In this document: one piece after another, positions 29,099 to 40,065 of the stretch
Layout of the letters: each line of letters starts with the position of its first letter
How positions within the stretch are numbered: the stretch's first letter is position 1
Origin: Alkalispirochaeta sp.
GTDB lineage: Bacteria > Spirochaetota > Spirochaetia > DSM-27196 > Alkalispirochaetaceae
DNA length: 64,000 bases
Direction: 5' to 3'
NCBI GenBank assembly: GCA_965242725.1
Contig: CBDESZ010000018.1
Span: 404,578 to 468,577 of the forward strand
Notes under the pieces: model-generated
The model's database searches: none
Seen by the model: only the letters and a program-made list of their open reading frames with translations
Told to the model about the DNA's origin: nothing
Made by a program: the position numbers and the translations under genes

Positions 29099-30469
29099 AT
29101 GAATTTCATCTATCATCTGTATCCACTGGGCGTTCTTGATGTACCCCACCGGAACCACGATCCTGTGAACGACACCACTGCAGCGGTCGCAGGCGACGTG
29201 CCGCCAATACGGAAGCTTGTCGATTGGATACCTTATGTACGCGATCTCGGATGCGACGGCGTCCTCCTCGGGCCGGTTTTTCAGTCGGAGAGTCATGGTT
29301 ACGATATCGTTGACCCCTATCGCGTCGATACGCGGCTCGGCGGTAATGAAGACCTTGCCGCGGTCTGCGGCGCCTTTCGGGAGGCGGGTATTTCCGTCCT
29401 TCTTGATGCCGTCTTCAACCACGTCGGTCGGTCGCACTTCGCATTTCAGGACCTTCTACGCCGGGGGCAATCGTCGGACTACAATGACTGGTTTCACAAT
29501 ATCGATTTTTCACGGGAGGGACGTAACGGCGACCCGTTCACCTACGAAACGTGGGACGGCCACGACTCGCTGGTGAAACTGAACCTGGAACATCCCGACG
29601 TCATTTCCTATCTTCTCGACGCCGTGAAAATGTGGCGGGAACGCTTTCAATTCGGGGGACTCCGTCTCGACGCGGCGGACGTGATCACCCCCACATTCTG
29701 GCCTAAATTGCGGGAAGTCGTCGGTGATGAGACACTCCTCATCGGAGAGATGGTCCACGGTGACTATTCGTCCATTACCGGAGCAGGAATGGTCGACGGA
29801 GTTACCAACTACGAGTGCTACAAGGGGCTCTATTCCTCACTGAACGACGGAAACCTCTTTGAAATCGCCTGGTCCCTGAACAGACAGTTTGGGCCGGAGG
29901 GTATCTATCGGGGATTGCCGCTGCAGTCATTTGTGGATAATCACGATGTTGACCGCATCGCCTCCACCGTGAACGACGATCACTATCTCTATCCGATACA
30001 TCTCCTCCTCTTTACCATGCCCGGGATTCCCTCGGTCTACTACGGGAGTGAAGCGGGATTGCCAGGTGTGAAGGGCATCGACGACTGGCCGCTCCGCCCA
30101 CCGTTGGCGCCGAACGCTCTTTCCGGCCCGGACGCTCCGCATCCGGATCTTCGAACGATGATACGTGACGCCGCGGCATTGCGGCGCTCTTCCGAGGCGC
30201 TCCGGCGGGGAGACTATCGTCAGATATATGTATCCAACGGACAGATTGTGTTTCTCAGGGAAAGTGCCGATGAACGGATTCTCGTCGCGATCAATGGTGA
30301 AGAAGGAAACGCCGATATTCCCGTCGCCATGTTTGAATTGCCGGACGAAGCATCCGATCGGACCGGTCTGACCGGGGTGGACCTCCTGAACGGCCACCGG
30401 GACCTCGACTCGCTGCACTCCCTCGAAATACCCGGTTACTGGGGACGAGTCATCCGACTCCACCGGTAA
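29099..30469 (+). CDS. GH13 alpha-amylase family glycosidase (cyclomaltodextrinase-like)
   Basis: HGYD, DAVFNH, GLRLDAA, IGE, FVDNHD, YYGSE; GGAGG RBS before ATG 29099. Confidence 0.9.
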   Translation: MNFIYHLYPLGVLDVPHRNHDPVNDTTAAVAGDVPPIRKLVDWIPYVRDLGCDGVLLGPVFQSESHGYDIVDPYRVDTRLGGNEDLAAVCGAFREAGISVLLDAVFNHVGRSHFAFQDLLRRGQSSDYNDWFHNIDFSREGRNGDPFTYETWDGHDSLVKLNLEHPDVISYLLDAVKMWRERFQFGGLRLDAADVITPTFWPKLREVVGDETLLIGEMVHGDYSSITGAGMVDGVTNYECYKGLYSSLNDGNLFEIAWSLNRQFGPEGIYRGLPLQSFVDNHDVDRIASTVNDDHYLYPIHLLLFTMPGIPSVYYGSEAGLPGVKGIDDWPLRPPLAPNALSGPDAPHPDLRTMIRDAAALRRSSEALRRGDYRQIYVSNGQIVFLRESADERILVAINGEEGNADIPVAMFELPDEASDRTGLTGVDLLNGHRDLDSLHSLEIPGYWGRVIRLHR

Positions 30470-30489
30470 CGGCGACCTCCCGGCGCAGC

Positions 30490-31794
30490 CTAATACCGCC
30501 TCTGTCCCTTCAGGTAGATTGATACGCGTCCCGTCGATTCCGAAACGGCAACGCTGAGCGAATCCGTCACCGCGGTAATAGCCCGGGCACTCGCGTGGCG
30601 GGCGCCTTCGCCGGGATGGTGGTCCAGCTGTCCCGGTGAGACCGCCAGGTACGTTCCCGCGGAAACCACCGTGCCGTCCACATCGATGACAAATGCTCCG
30701 TCAATCTTGGAAAACTCCTTGATCGTCTCGTCCAGGGAGGGATCGAGAATGTTTCGCGCCTCCTCGGGATACCCGAGAAAGGGATTTACGATGAGCTGAT
30801 GGGTATAGGGGGCGATATCCGCGACGTGGCCGATGACAAAAAGGGCGCCGATGGGCTTCCCTTCCCGCCCTTCCCGTCCAAGTTCTTCAGCGATTTCGAG
30901 GACCCGTCCGGAAACGGACGCGTCAATATGAGGAAGGAGACGCTCACCCGTCGCCTCATCGCGTCGAACGATCCGTATTGACGAAATTCGGTTTGATCCC
31001 CGAACCCCCGACAGGACGACAAGAATCTCGGTATTCCCGAATGCACCGTCCATAAGAAGACGGATGAGCTCCCGTTGAACCGTCCCCGGATCCCAGAAGG
31101 ACGTCCGTACTCCTTCAATCCAGCGGACCCTTACGGTTTCTCTTTCGTGACACCGGTCGCACAGTATGTATCCCTGAAACGACGGATAGGTATTCAGAAA
31201 ATCGGTACCCTCGGAAAAGGTGTCGCCCATGAGTACCAGTGCGGCGCCGGGTGTCTTTCCCCGGATCTCCAATGCGGCATCGATGCAGCGGTGATTCACG
31301 TCGTCTCTGACCGATCCGTCCCGTGCGGTGTCCAGCGATTCCGCATGGTCGGCAATGATATCGACGATTTCCGATTCGTTCGGGCTGTCGATGATGCGCC
31401 GTATCACTCCCTCATAGCGCAGTATCCGGGCAATAGTCGCCATTGTCCTGAGATGGTTCCGGTCACCGCCGGCAAACAGTACGGCGATTCTGATTGACTG
31501 TCCCGGAATACCCCAGTCTATCGCCTCGGACAGCACCCCCACGACGACGATGTTGTCTGAAACACCCGATTTGACTGCGTGGGGAAAGGCGATCTGTTCC
31601 GCCACAATAGACGATACGATCGCCTCCCGGTCGACGGCGAGACGTTCGATCTCTCCTGCAGTGAGGTCGTCACAGAGGTCGCCCGCACGACCGGCAAGCT
31701 CGGCAATGGCGTTTTCTTTCGTCGATGAATGGAGAAACAGTGCACTGAGGACGGTGAGGCCCGCCTGTTCGCTCTGTAGGACCCGTTTGACCAC
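30490..31794 (-). CDS. PTS EIIA domain fused to a diadenylate cyclase (DisA_N) domain
   Basis: N-terminal DRE..S..IAFPHA (EIIA His); C-terminal EGREGKPIGALFV, IDGAFV, GARHASA, AVSES. Confidence 0.85.
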   Translation of the reverse strand: MVKRVLQSEQAGLTVLSALFLHSSTKENAIAELAGRAGDLCDDLTAGEIERLAVDREAIVSSIVAEQIAFPHAVKSGVSDNIVVVGVLSEAIDWGIPGQSIRIAVLFAGGDRNHLRTMATIARILRYEGVIRRIIDSPNESEIVDIIADHAESLDTARDGSVRDDVNHRCIDAALEIRGKTPGAALVLMGDTFSEGTDFLNTYPSFQGYILCDRCHERETVRVRWIEGVRTSFWDPGTVQRELIRLLMDGAFGNTEILVVLSGVRGSNRISSIRIVRRDEATGERLLPHIDASVSGRVLEIAEELGREGREGKPIGALFVIGHVADIAPYTHQLIVNPFLGYPEEARNILDPSLDETIKEFSKIDGAFVIDVDGTVVSAGTYLAVSPGQLDHHPGEGARHASARAITAVTDSLSVAVSESTGRVSIYLKGQRRY

Positions 31795-31817
31795 AACTTC
31801 CTCCCGGACGGGACGTT

Positions 31818-32408
31818 CTAGAGCACCCCTTTGGTGGAGAGCACATCCTTCCGGGACCGATACGCCGCTCCGAGAGCGCGCCCCGTCGCTTTGAATATTG
31901 CCTCGGCGAGATGATGGCCGTTTTCACCGTAGTGGCCGATCACATGGATGTTGAGCTTTCCGTGGGAGGCGAAACCCTGAAAAAATTCCCTGACCAGGCT
32001 CAGGTCGAAGTTTCCCGCCCATCCCTGAGGATAGGTGACGCGGTACACCAGATAGCTCCTGCCACACGCGTCCACGATGACCTCCCCCAACGCATCGTCC
32101 ATGGGTATCGCCGCATGACCGAATCGCTGAATTGGTCCGTACCGGGAGACCGCTTCGGCCAGGGCGTCTCCAATGACGATGCCCACGTCTTCCACGGTAT
32201 GGTGATGGTCAACATCTATGTCGCCCCGTGCCGCGAGTTCCACGGTAAATCCGCCGTGAAAAAAGAGGGCATGGAGCATATGGTCGAAAAACGGAATGCC
32301 CGTCGCAACCGTCACATCTTGAGGCCCCCGCGTTCCCTCTTCCGGCAGACCCAAACGGAGGCTGATCTGCGTTTCTTTCGTCTCTCTCGTCACGTCTACG
32401 ACTCGCAC
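31818..32408 (-). CDS. hisB: Imidazoleglycerol-phosphate dehydratase
   Basis: RETKET, FFDHML, DHHHTVED, PMDD, NGHHLAE, STKGVL. Confidence 0.95.
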   Translation of the reverse strand: MRVVDVTRETKETQISLRLGLPEEGTRGPQDVTVATGIPFFDHMLHALFFHGGFTVELAARGDIDVDHHHTVEDVGIVIGDALAEAVSRYGPIQRFGHAAIPMDDALGEVIVDACGRSYLVYRVTYPQGWAGNFDLSLVREFFQGFASHGKLNIHVIGHYGENGHHLAEAIFKATGRALGAAYRSRKDVLSTKGVL

Positions 32409-32410
32409 AC

Positions 32411-33364
32411 CTACCCCCTGATAGATCCTTCGTCCAGATCCGTCAATTCTTTCAGCCGGGGAGGATCGTTTCCCGGTCGGGAACACGTCCCGGCTGATAC
32501 CGCTGCGGCGAAACGCAGCATCTTCGTCGCCTGTCCCTCGGTGAGGGAAGAAATGGCGGTATTGTCCAAAAGTCCGTTATGATACAGCCACGCCAAGAGG
32601 CCGCCGTGAAAGGAGTCTCCCGCACCGACAGTATCGGCAACGGTCACCTGTCGGGCCGGTTCGAAAACCGAAAAACTCCCGGTATACGCCGTCGCGCCCC
32701 GCGCACCTTCGGTAACGACGATAAGGTGTGCCCCCGCTTCGAGCATTTCCGCCGCGGCCGCCGGCTTGTCGGTGGACTTGGAAATCCAAAGCAGGTCCTC
32801 ATCACTTATCTTTACAATGGTGCTTGCTCCTATCGCCCGTTCGATTCTTGTGCGGTAGGCATCCTCATCTTCGATGATCGACTCCCGGATATTGGGGTCA
32901 AATGAGACGACCCTGGACCGACGCTCCCGTTCAACCAGGCGGATTATGGACGGTCCCACGGGACTGGCGATTAGGGATATGGAGCCAAATTGAATCGCCT
33001 GCACTTCTTCCGGTATCTCCGGCAGATCATCGACGGTTACGGCGCGGTCGGCCGCATTTTCACAGAAAAACGCATATCGTGCTTCTCCGCTGTCGGAGCG
33101 TTTCACGAATGCCAGGGTGCTCAAACGTCTGTCCCGGAGCAGATACTCCGTGCCCACCCCGTTCTCCCGTAAATGGGCGACAAGGAGGTCACCAAAAAAA
33201 TCGGTGGAAATCCTGCCGAAAAAGGAGTTGGGAACCTCCAGGCGAGCCGTCGCGATCGCCGTATTGTAGGGCGATCCACCTGGGACGGGCACATACGCGC
33301 CCTTGCCGTTCCTGTCCGCAGTCGGAATAAAATCTATAAGTGCTTCACCCGTGTGAACTATCAT
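32411..33364 (-). CDS. PfkB family carbohydrate kinase (fructokinase-like)
   Basis: GEALIDF, PGGSPYN, FDPNIR, DTVGAGDSF. Confidence 0.92.
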   Translation of the reverse strand: MIVHTGEALIDFIPTADRNGKGAYVPVPGGSPYNTAIATARLEVPNSFFGRISTDFFGDLLVAHLRENGVGTEYLLRDRRLSTLAFVKRSDSGEARYAFFCENAADRAVTVDDLPEIPEEVQAIQFGSISLIASPVGPSIIRLVERERRSRVVSFDPNIRESIIEDEDAYRTRIERAIGASTIVKISDEDLLWISKSTDKPAAAAEMLEAGAHLIVVTEGARGATAYTGSFSVFEPARQVTVADTVGAGDSFHGGLLAWLYHNGLLDNTAISSLTEGQATKMLRFAAAVSAGTCSRPGNDPPRLKELTDLDEGSIRG

Positions 33365-33395
33365 GGTCCCAGTATAGTCTAATGATCAGCTCTCG

Positions 33396-36300
33396 TCAGC
33401 TCGGATCGTATGCCAGCACGGCCCGGAGCCAGCGTTCCGCCTCATCCATGGTGAATCCCTGACGGCGTGCCCAGTCAGAAACCTGATCACGCTGAAGTTT
33501 TCCCACCCCGAAGTACTGACTCTGGGGATGGGAGAAGTAGAAGCCGCTGGTAGCCGCAGCGGGAAGCATCATATAGCTCTCGGTAAGCCCGATATCAAGC
33601 TCTTCGGCTCGAAGCATTTCAAAGAGCATTCCCTTGTCGTGATGGTCGGGACACGGCGGATACCCGGGCGCCGGACGTATGCCCTGATACCTTATGGCGA
33701 AAAGGTCTTCCTTTGACAGCGATTCCTCGGGAGCATATCCCCACCATTGCGTACGGACCTCCTCGTGAAGACGTTCCGCAAAAGCTTCAGCGAGACGGTC
33801 GGCGAGAATCTTGGCGAGAATCTCTTTGTAGTCGTCACCGCTGTCCCTGAATTTCCGGACGTATCGCTCCAGTCCGAATCCCGTATTTGTGCAAAACCCG
33901 CCGATATAGTCCCTGGTATCCGTACCCTTTTCGGCGACGAAATCTGATAGAGAGAGGTAGTAATCGACGCTCTCCTTCTTTTTCTGCTGTCGCAGGGTGT
34001 GCCATGTCGCAAGAACGTGTGATCGCGTCTCGTCGCTGTATATTTCGATCGAATCGTCGGGGGTGCGCGCCGCGGGATAGAGAAAGATGGCGGCCCGGGC
34101 CTCAAGAGCGTGCTCTTTCACGATTTCATCGAGCATCTCCTGGGCGTCGTCATAGAGTCGGCGCGCCTCCTCGCCAACCTGGGGATCGTCGAATATGGCC
34201 GGGAACTTTCCCTTCATTTGCCATGCGATGAAGAAAAAGGTCCAGTCGATGTACTCCCTGAGAACCTCAATAGGATACTCCCGGAAGTGTTTGACTCCCA
34301 GCGTGGCGGGCACGGAGGGCGGCGTTGAAAAATCGGGCCTGAAGCGCGCCTTGCGGGCGTCTTCAATTGACAGATACTCCCGGGCCTGCGTCTTTTCCGC
34401 CTGCTTCTGTCGCGTCTTCTCGTGATCCGCCTCGATTTCCGCCGCCAGTTGTCCCCTCGTCGCCGGGTTCAGCAATCTGTTGACGATGCCGACGGCGAGA
34501 GAGGCGTCCTTGACGTGGACGATGGGCTGATGGTACTGGGGAGCGATCTTCACGGAGGTATGTACCTTGCTCGTCGTTGCCCCGCCGATGAGCAGGGGTA
34601 GTTCAAACCCCTGGCGTTCCATCTCCTGGGCGACATTGACCATTTCGTCGAGACTGGGCGTAATGAGGCCGGACAGACCGACAATGTCGACCTTTTCCCG
34701 GCGCGCCGTATCGAGGATGTCTTCCGTCGGCACCATGACACCCATATCGATGATGTCGAAGTTATTGCTTGCGAGAACAACGCCGACGATGTTCTTGCCG
34801 ATGTCATGAACATCGCCCTTGACCGTGGCGAGCAGGATCTTTCCCTTGTCGGCGCTGTCTCCCTCACCTTTCTCCGCCTCTATGAAGGGCTCAAGATAGG
34901 CCACAGCCTGTTTCATCACCCGCGCGCTTTTTACCACCTGGGGCAGGAACATCTTTCCCGAACCAAAGAGGTCACCGACGATGTTCATACCGTCCATAAG
35001 AGGTCCCTCTATCACATGCAACGCCCGGTCCATCTTCTGACGCGCTTCTTCCACGTCATCCTCGATGAAGGCGGTGATGCCCCGCATGAGGGAATAGGAG
35101 AGACGCCCTTCGACGGGCTGTTCCCGCCAGGCAAGGTCTTCCTGCCGAGCCGAGGTGCGCCCGGCGTATGAATCCGCGATATCAAGGAGATTCTCCGTCG
35201 CCTCGGACGTTCTATTGAGGACGAGGTCCTCCACGGCGGTTTTCAGCTCCCCGGGAATTTCGTCGTAGACCGTCAACTGGCCGGCGTTGACGATTCCCAT
35301 GCTCATTCCCGCCTGCAGCGCGTGATAGAGGAATACCGAATGGATCGCCTCCCGGACGCGATCCATCCCCCGGAAGGAGAAACTGACGTTGCTTACCCCG
35401 CCGGATACCTTCGCGTCCGGAAGATGTTCCCGAATCCATCTGGTCGCATTGATAAAATCGACTGCATAATTACGGTGTTCTTCAATGCCGGTACCGATGG
35501 CAAAAATATTGGGGTCAAAAATAATATCTTCCGGCGGGAATCCCGCTTCCCTGGTGAGGATGTCATAGCTCCGCTTGCAGATGTCGATTTTTCTCCGGTA
35601 GGTATCGGCCTGCCCTTCTTCATCAAACGCCATGACGATTGCGGCCGCTCCATAGTCCCGTATGGTCCGCGCATGGGCGAGAAACTCGTCCTTCCCTTCC
35701 TTGAGTGAGATCGAATTGACGATTCCCTTACCCTGAACCCATTTGAGTCCCGCTTCTATCACTGAAAATTTGCTGGAATCGATCATGACCGGAACGCGAC
35801 AGATCTCGGGTTCCGTCGCCAGAAGTTTGAGAAAGCGTTCCATCTCGGCGGCGCTGTCCAGCATCGCTTCATCCATATTGATGTCGATGATCTGAGCACC
35901 GTTTTCAACCTGATCGAGGGCGACGTCGAGGGCTTCCTGATGGTTGCCCTCCCGTATGAGACGGGCAAATTTCTTGCTGCCTGTGACGTTTGTTCGTTCT
36001 CCGACGTTTACAAATCCTGTATGTCCCGCAATTTCGAGCGGTTCCAGCCCGGACAGGCGCATTGTATGGGGATCGTCGGGAATCACCCGCGGCTCGTAGC
36101 CCCTGCACCGCTCGATAATCTGACGAAGGTGCTCTTTGGTGGTACCGCAGCAGCCTCCGACAATATTGACAAGACCGTCGGCCGCCATCGATCCCAATAC
36201 GGCAGCCATGTGCTCCGGTGTGTCGTCGTATTCACCGAATTCGTTGGGAAGTCCCGCATTGGGATGAACGCTTACTGGCTGCTGCGATACCTTTCCAAGC

Positions 36301-37094
36301 TCCCGGACATATCGCCTGAGCTGGTCCGCACCGAGGGCACAGTTGAGACCGATCGAGAAGGCGTCGGAGTGACGGACCGAATAATAAAAAGCTTCCGTCG
36401 TCTGCCCCGAGAGGGTGCGCCCGCTCTGGTCGGTGATCGTTCCTGAAATCATGACAGGTACAACTTCACCTGTCCGGTGAGCATACCGTCTGGCCGCAAG
36501 TATGGCCGCCTTTGCGTTCAGCGTGTCAAATATCGTCTCAATCATGATCAGATCGACACCGCCCTCGAGGAGTCCCTCCAGGGCGTTCGCGTAATCCGCA
36601 GTCAGCCGGTCAAAACTGATGGCGCGATAGCCCGGATCGTTCACATCAGGTGACATGGAGAGCGTCTTGTTTGTCGGGCCGAGGATTCCGGCGACAAAAC
36701 GCGGATGGTCGGGATTCCGTTCGGTAAACTCGTCGGCAACGGAGCGGGCAAGGCGCGCCGAGGTTCGGTTGAGTTCCCGCACAAACGCCGGATCGTCGAG
36801 ACCGTAATCGCTCTGGGAGACGGAAGTCGCGTTGAAGGTGTTCGTTTCCACAATGTCGGCTCCGACCTCGAGAAATCCTCGGTGGATCTCGCCGATAATC
36901 TCCGGCTTCGTCATGGAAAGAATGTCGTTATTGCCCTTCAGCGCCAGGGGATGATCGTTGAAACGTGCTCCCCGGTAGTCCTCTTCGCCAAGGCGGTAGG
37001 TCTGGATGTTGGTTCCCATCGCGCCGTCAAGAAAGAGAATCCGCTGTTCCACCGCTTTTCTCAGATAGGAATACCGTTTACTTCGTTCCGTCAA
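33396..37094 (-). CDS. metH: Cobalamin-dependent methionine synthase
   Basis: [39 protein letters not shown]; 1232 aa. Confidence 0.98.
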   Translation of the reverse strand: MTERSKRYSYLRKAVEQRILFLDGAMGTNIQTYRLGEEDYRGARFNDHPLALKGNNDILSMTKPEIIGEIHRGFLEVGADIVETNTFNATSVSQSDYGLDDPAFVRELNRTSARLARSVADEFTERNPDHPRFVAGILGPTNKTLSMSPDVNDPGYRAISFDRLTADYANALEGLLEGGVDLIMIETIFDTLNAKAAILAARRYAHRTGEVVPVMISGTITDQSGRTLSGQTTEAFYYSVRHSDAFSIGLNCALGADQLRRYVRELGKVSQQPVSVHPNAGLPNEFGEYDDTPEHMAAVLGSMAADGLVNIVGGCCGTTKEHLRQIIERCRGYEPRVIPDDPHTMRLSGLEPLEIAGHTGFVNVGERTNVTGSKKFARLIREGNHQEALDVALDQVENGAQIIDINMDEAMLDSAAEMERFLKLLATEPEICRVPVMIDSSKFSVIEAGLKWVQGKGIVNSISLKEGKDEFLAHARTIRDYGAAAIVMAFDEEGQADTYRRKIDICKRSYDILTREAGFPPEDIIFDPNIFAIGTGIEEHRNYAVDFINATRWIREHLPDAKVSGGVSNVSFSFRGMDRVREAIHSVFLYHALQAGMSMGIVNAGQLTVYDEIPGELKTAVEDLVLNRTSEATENLLDIADSYAGRTSARQEDLAWREQPVEGRLSYSLMRGITAFIEDDVEEARQKMDRALHVIEGPLMDGMNIVGDLFGSGKMFLPQVVKSARVMKQAVAYLEPFIEAEKGEGDSADKGKILLATVKGDVHDIGKNIVGVVLASNNFDIIDMGVMVPTEDILDTARREKVDIVGLSGLITPSLDEMVNVAQEMERQGFELPLLIGGATTSKVHTSVKIAPQYHQPIVHVKDASLAVGIVNRLLNPATRGQLAAEIEADHEKTRQKQAEKTQAREYLSIEDARKARFRPDFSTPPSVPATLGVKHFREYPIEVLREYIDWTFFFIAWQMKGKFPAIFDDPQVGEEARRLYDDAQEMLDEIVKEHALEARAAIFLYPAARTPDDSIEIYSDETRSHVLATWHTLRQQKKKESVDYYLSLSDFVAEKGTDTRDYIGGFCTNTGFGLERYVRKFRDSGDDYKEILAKILADRLAEAFAERLHEEVRTQWWGYAPEESLSKEDLFAIRYQGIRPAPGYPPCPDHHDKGMLFEMLRAEELDIGLTESYMMLPAAATSGFYFSHPQSQYFGVGKLQRDQVSDWARRQGFTMDEAERWLRAVLAYDPS

Positions 37095-37219
37095 AGCTGT
37101 CTCCTTTGATCAGAAAATACCATACCCTCCGTGAAGTATCTACACGGAAGGATTCCGCACGTTTGCTTATGTAAAATCAATTTGCAACGCGAAAACCGTT
37201 CAGGACGGCTCCGTATACC

Positions 37220-38476
37220 TCACATGCGATCCCACGCCGGGAGGGAGGGGGATATTTTGGGAAAAAGTACCGATGCAATCATGCGCGCCTTTCGTCCTGA
37301 TACGGAGATCTCTCCTGAAGCGATAAGCTCATCTACGGAATGGGTGCCGAATATCAGGCGAACTACCGATTCACCGGCCTCTACCCACGGAACAACCTCA
37401 TCCCGCTCATCCCCTCCGGCGGAGGGGAGGCTCGCGACCGGCGACACGGCGATAACCCCATCTGTTTCGGAAAGAACGCATTGCTCCCTGGAATCGGAAA
37501 GGACGAGAAGCGGGCGCTCCCCTCCCATTCTCCCGCCGTCATCGGTCCCGCCGATCAACGGTCGGATCTCCTCATAGCGCCCGGTCAGTTCGACCTTCAT
37601 CGCGGACAACGATCGGGAGAGCGCGATGATCCTCCCCATCGGTCCGCCGTTGGGACGGTAGTCTTCGGTAGCCCGATAGGGCCCGCGCCGAAGTGATCTC
37701 ACATATGGCGATGCAGGGGGCATGTTCCGTAATAGGAGGTATTCACAGCGGCTGCGTGTCGACAGTTCCTTCAGAACCGACATGACCACCTCGGGTTCGC
37801 CGGCGAGGTCGGAAACGTACAGAATTCCTTCCGACGGCCCGCAAACGACGTACCCCGATACCGCCCCCGTCCCGTCGCGCCAGAGATGCCCCGATCCGAG
37901 AGATGAACGGGGATTCCTGCGATAGGTCGGACGTACCGCCGTGCCGGGAACATCGCGGTACCAGAAATTGGCGCACCCGGCAATTTCCTCCCAATCATTG
38001 ATATCTTCAAGTTTCGGAATCGTCCGTGAAGGCAAATCCTCCGCCCGGGCGCGCCAGTTCATTTCCGGCCAGATTGTGACGTATCCGAATCGGTGGTAGA
38101 AATCAGATATGCCGTACAGCAGTGTGGCGTGATAGCCCGCCCCGTCAAGGTGTTCCACTACCGCGCGGGCGAGACGGGCGACGATCCCCTGCCGCCGCCA
38201 GTCGGGGTGGCACGCCACCGCACCGATACCGGCAACACGAAGACGGCCTTCACCGAATCGCATTGTAAGGTCCCATACGCCAAAGTGGGCAACGAGTTTG
38301 TCTCCGGCAAAGGCGAGGCGAGTTGACTCCCAGTCATACGGGCCATTCAGAATATATCCGTCCCTGCATCGCTCCCGCCATTCCCAGTAGTTCTTGAAGG
38401 TCTTTCCCGTCAAATCCACTATTCCGTCGTAGTCACGATCGGGATCGGCGGGACGTATCGTGATTTCCCGTTCCAT
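37220..38476 (-). CDS. Eis-like multi-domain GNAT acetyltransferase
   Basis: AGIGAVACHPDWRRQG, FYHRFGY; 418 aa. Confidence 0.8.
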   Translation of the reverse strand: MEREITIRPADPDRDYDGIVDLTGKTFKNYWEWRERCRDGYILNGPYDWESTRLAFAGDKLVAHFGVWDLTMRFGEGRLRVAGIGAVACHPDWRRQGIVARLARAVVEHLDGAGYHATLLYGISDFYHRFGYVTIWPEMNWRARAEDLPSRTIPKLEDINDWEEIAGCANFWYRDVPGTAVRPTYRRNPRSSLGSGHLWRDGTGAVSGYVVCGPSEGILYVSDLAGEPEVVMSVLKELSTRSRCEYLLLRNMPPASPYVRSLRRGPYRATEDYRPNGGPMGRIIALSRSLSAMKVELTGRYEEIRPLIGGTDDGGRMGGERPLLVLSDSREQCVLSETDGVIAVSPVASLPSAGGDERDEVVPWVEAGESVVRLIFGTHSVDELIASGEISVSGRKARMIASVLFPKISPSLPAWDRM

Positions 38477-38500
38477 CTTGCTATTTTTACCTCATCTGCC

Positions 38501-38769
38501 CGGCGGCGCAACCAGCGTCGGCGCAACACAGGGAATACGCCTTACAATAGAATTGGCCGGGCGGCGGCGCACCAAGCGCCGGTGCAAATTACGGGTAACG
38601 CCTTGCACCTGAATCGTCGGGCGGCGGCGCACCAAGCGCCGGCTGCAAAATACGGGATACGCCTTGTTCCTGAAATGTCGGGCGGCGGCGCAACCAGCGC
38701 CGGCGCAAAATTCGGGTAACGCCTTGCTCCTGAATCGTCGGGCGGCGGCGCAACCAGCGCCGGCGCAAC
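38501..38769. repeat. Tandem array of 60-61-bp units (four full units, five cores)
   Basis: Core cggcggcgc-[aacca/accaa]-gcgccggcgcaa recurs at about 38501, 38562, 38622, 38683 and 38743 with related linkers. Confidence 0.92.
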
Positions 38770-38780
38770 ATGACACAGTT

Positions 38781-39986
38781 TTATCGACACCGCCGTACCG
38801 GATTCCGCAGGAGCTCTTTCAGGACGGCTGCCGGATCCTCCACTTTTGACAGAATGATCATCGCAGCGATCACATAGGGTTTGTAACTCGCCTCACGATA
38901 GAGTGAAGCCCGGTATCGATCAAAGACGGAAGCCGCAACCTCGCCGGTCCTGCAGCTTACACCCGAGATATCGGCAGGCAGGCAGTGCATGTACAGGGCC
39001 TTACCTCGAGCCGTTGAAGCCATTAATTCCTCGTCGGCCTGCCAGTCCATAAACTCTGCGTTACGGGCAAGCAACGTTCCTTCCAGGGCTTTGATCCCGT
39101 CCAGGTCATTTTCTCCGAAAAGCTTCGTTCGCTCTTCCATCGCGGCAAAGGGCGCCCAGCTCTTCGGATAGACCACGTCGGCCCCCGCGAAGGCTTCGGC
39201 CATCGTCTCCACCCGCTGAAAGCTTCCACCGGAAGCGCGCGCGTTCTTTCGGGCCACCTCTTCCACCTCGGGCATGACTTCATACCCGTCCGGATGGGCA
39301 AGGACGACCTCCGCGCCGAACCGCGTCATGAGACCTATGATTCCCTGGGGTACAGAAAGAGGCTTGCCGTAGGACGGACTGTACGCCCAGGTCATCGCGA
39401 TTTTCTTCCCCCGAAGGGCCTGCACGCTTCCGAAATGGTTGATAAGGTGCAATGCGTCGGCCATGCTCTGGGTAGGATGGTCGATATCACATTGGAGATT
39501 GACCAACGTTGTTCGCTGTTCCAGGATTCCCGCCTGAAATCCATCCTGCAGCGTTGATGCGAACTCACGCATATAGGCGTTTCCCCGACCGATATACATG
39601 TCGTCCCGAATCCCTACGACGTCGGCCATAAAGCTGACCATCGTCGCCGTCTCACGAACCGTCTCGCCATGGGCAATCTGACTCTTTCCTTCGTCGAGGT
39701 CCTGCACCGCCAGACCCAGCAGATTGCACGCCGAAGAAAAGGAAAAGCGGGTGCGCGTCGAATTGTCCCGAAAAAGGCTCACCGCCAGACCGGAATCAAA
39801 GAGACGGGGCGAGATGTTGTTGGAGCGAAATCCCCGCAGAATATCGGCAAGAAGGAATACAGACTGGATTTCGTCGTCGCTTTTCTCCCAGGTCAGAAGG
39901 AAGTCGCTATTGTACATCTCTCGGGTGTTCAAGGTACCCAGAACCCTGATCGCCTCCGAGAGACCGTGCATATCGTAGGTCGGCAT
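38781..39986 (-). CDS. ygeW: YgeW-type knotted carbamoyltransferase
   Basis: FRDNSTRTRFS, NLQCDIDHPTQ, TWAYSPSYGKPLSVPQ, YPKSW, HCLPAD; GGAGG RBS before ATG 39986. Confidence 0.93.
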   Translation of the reverse strand: MPTYDMHGLSEAIRVLGTLNTREMYNSDFLLTWEKSDDEIQSVFLLADILRGFRSNNISPRLFDSGLAVSLFRDNSTRTRFSFSSACNLLGLAVQDLDEGKSQIAHGETVRETATMVSFMADVVGIRDDMYIGRGNAYMREFASTLQDGFQAGILEQRTTLVNLQCDIDHPTQSMADALHLINHFGSVQALRGKKIAMTWAYSPSYGKPLSVPQGIIGLMTRFGAEVVLAHPDGYEVMPEVEEVARKNARASGGSFQRVETMAEAFAGADVVYPKSWAPFAAMEERTKLFGENDLDGIKALEGTLLARNAEFMDWQADEELMASTARGKALYMHCLPADISGVSCRTGEVAASVFDRYRASLYREASYKPYVIAAMIILSKVEDPAAVLKELLRNPVRRCR

Positions 39987-40065
39987 GAGTCTGTCCTCCA
40001 TGTGCGAAACCCGGCAGGAAGGCTGGCGCGAATGCCCATACGGTCGCGCCGGGATCGCCGATTCG

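Noticed and set aside
38501..38769. CRISPR array
   Set aside because: The linkers are similar to one another rather than unique spacers, the cores vary, and no cas genes are in the window.
38492..38790. Short ORFs over the repeat array as real proteins
   Set aside because: Low-complexity translations in all three minus frames, and 61-bp units shift the frame.
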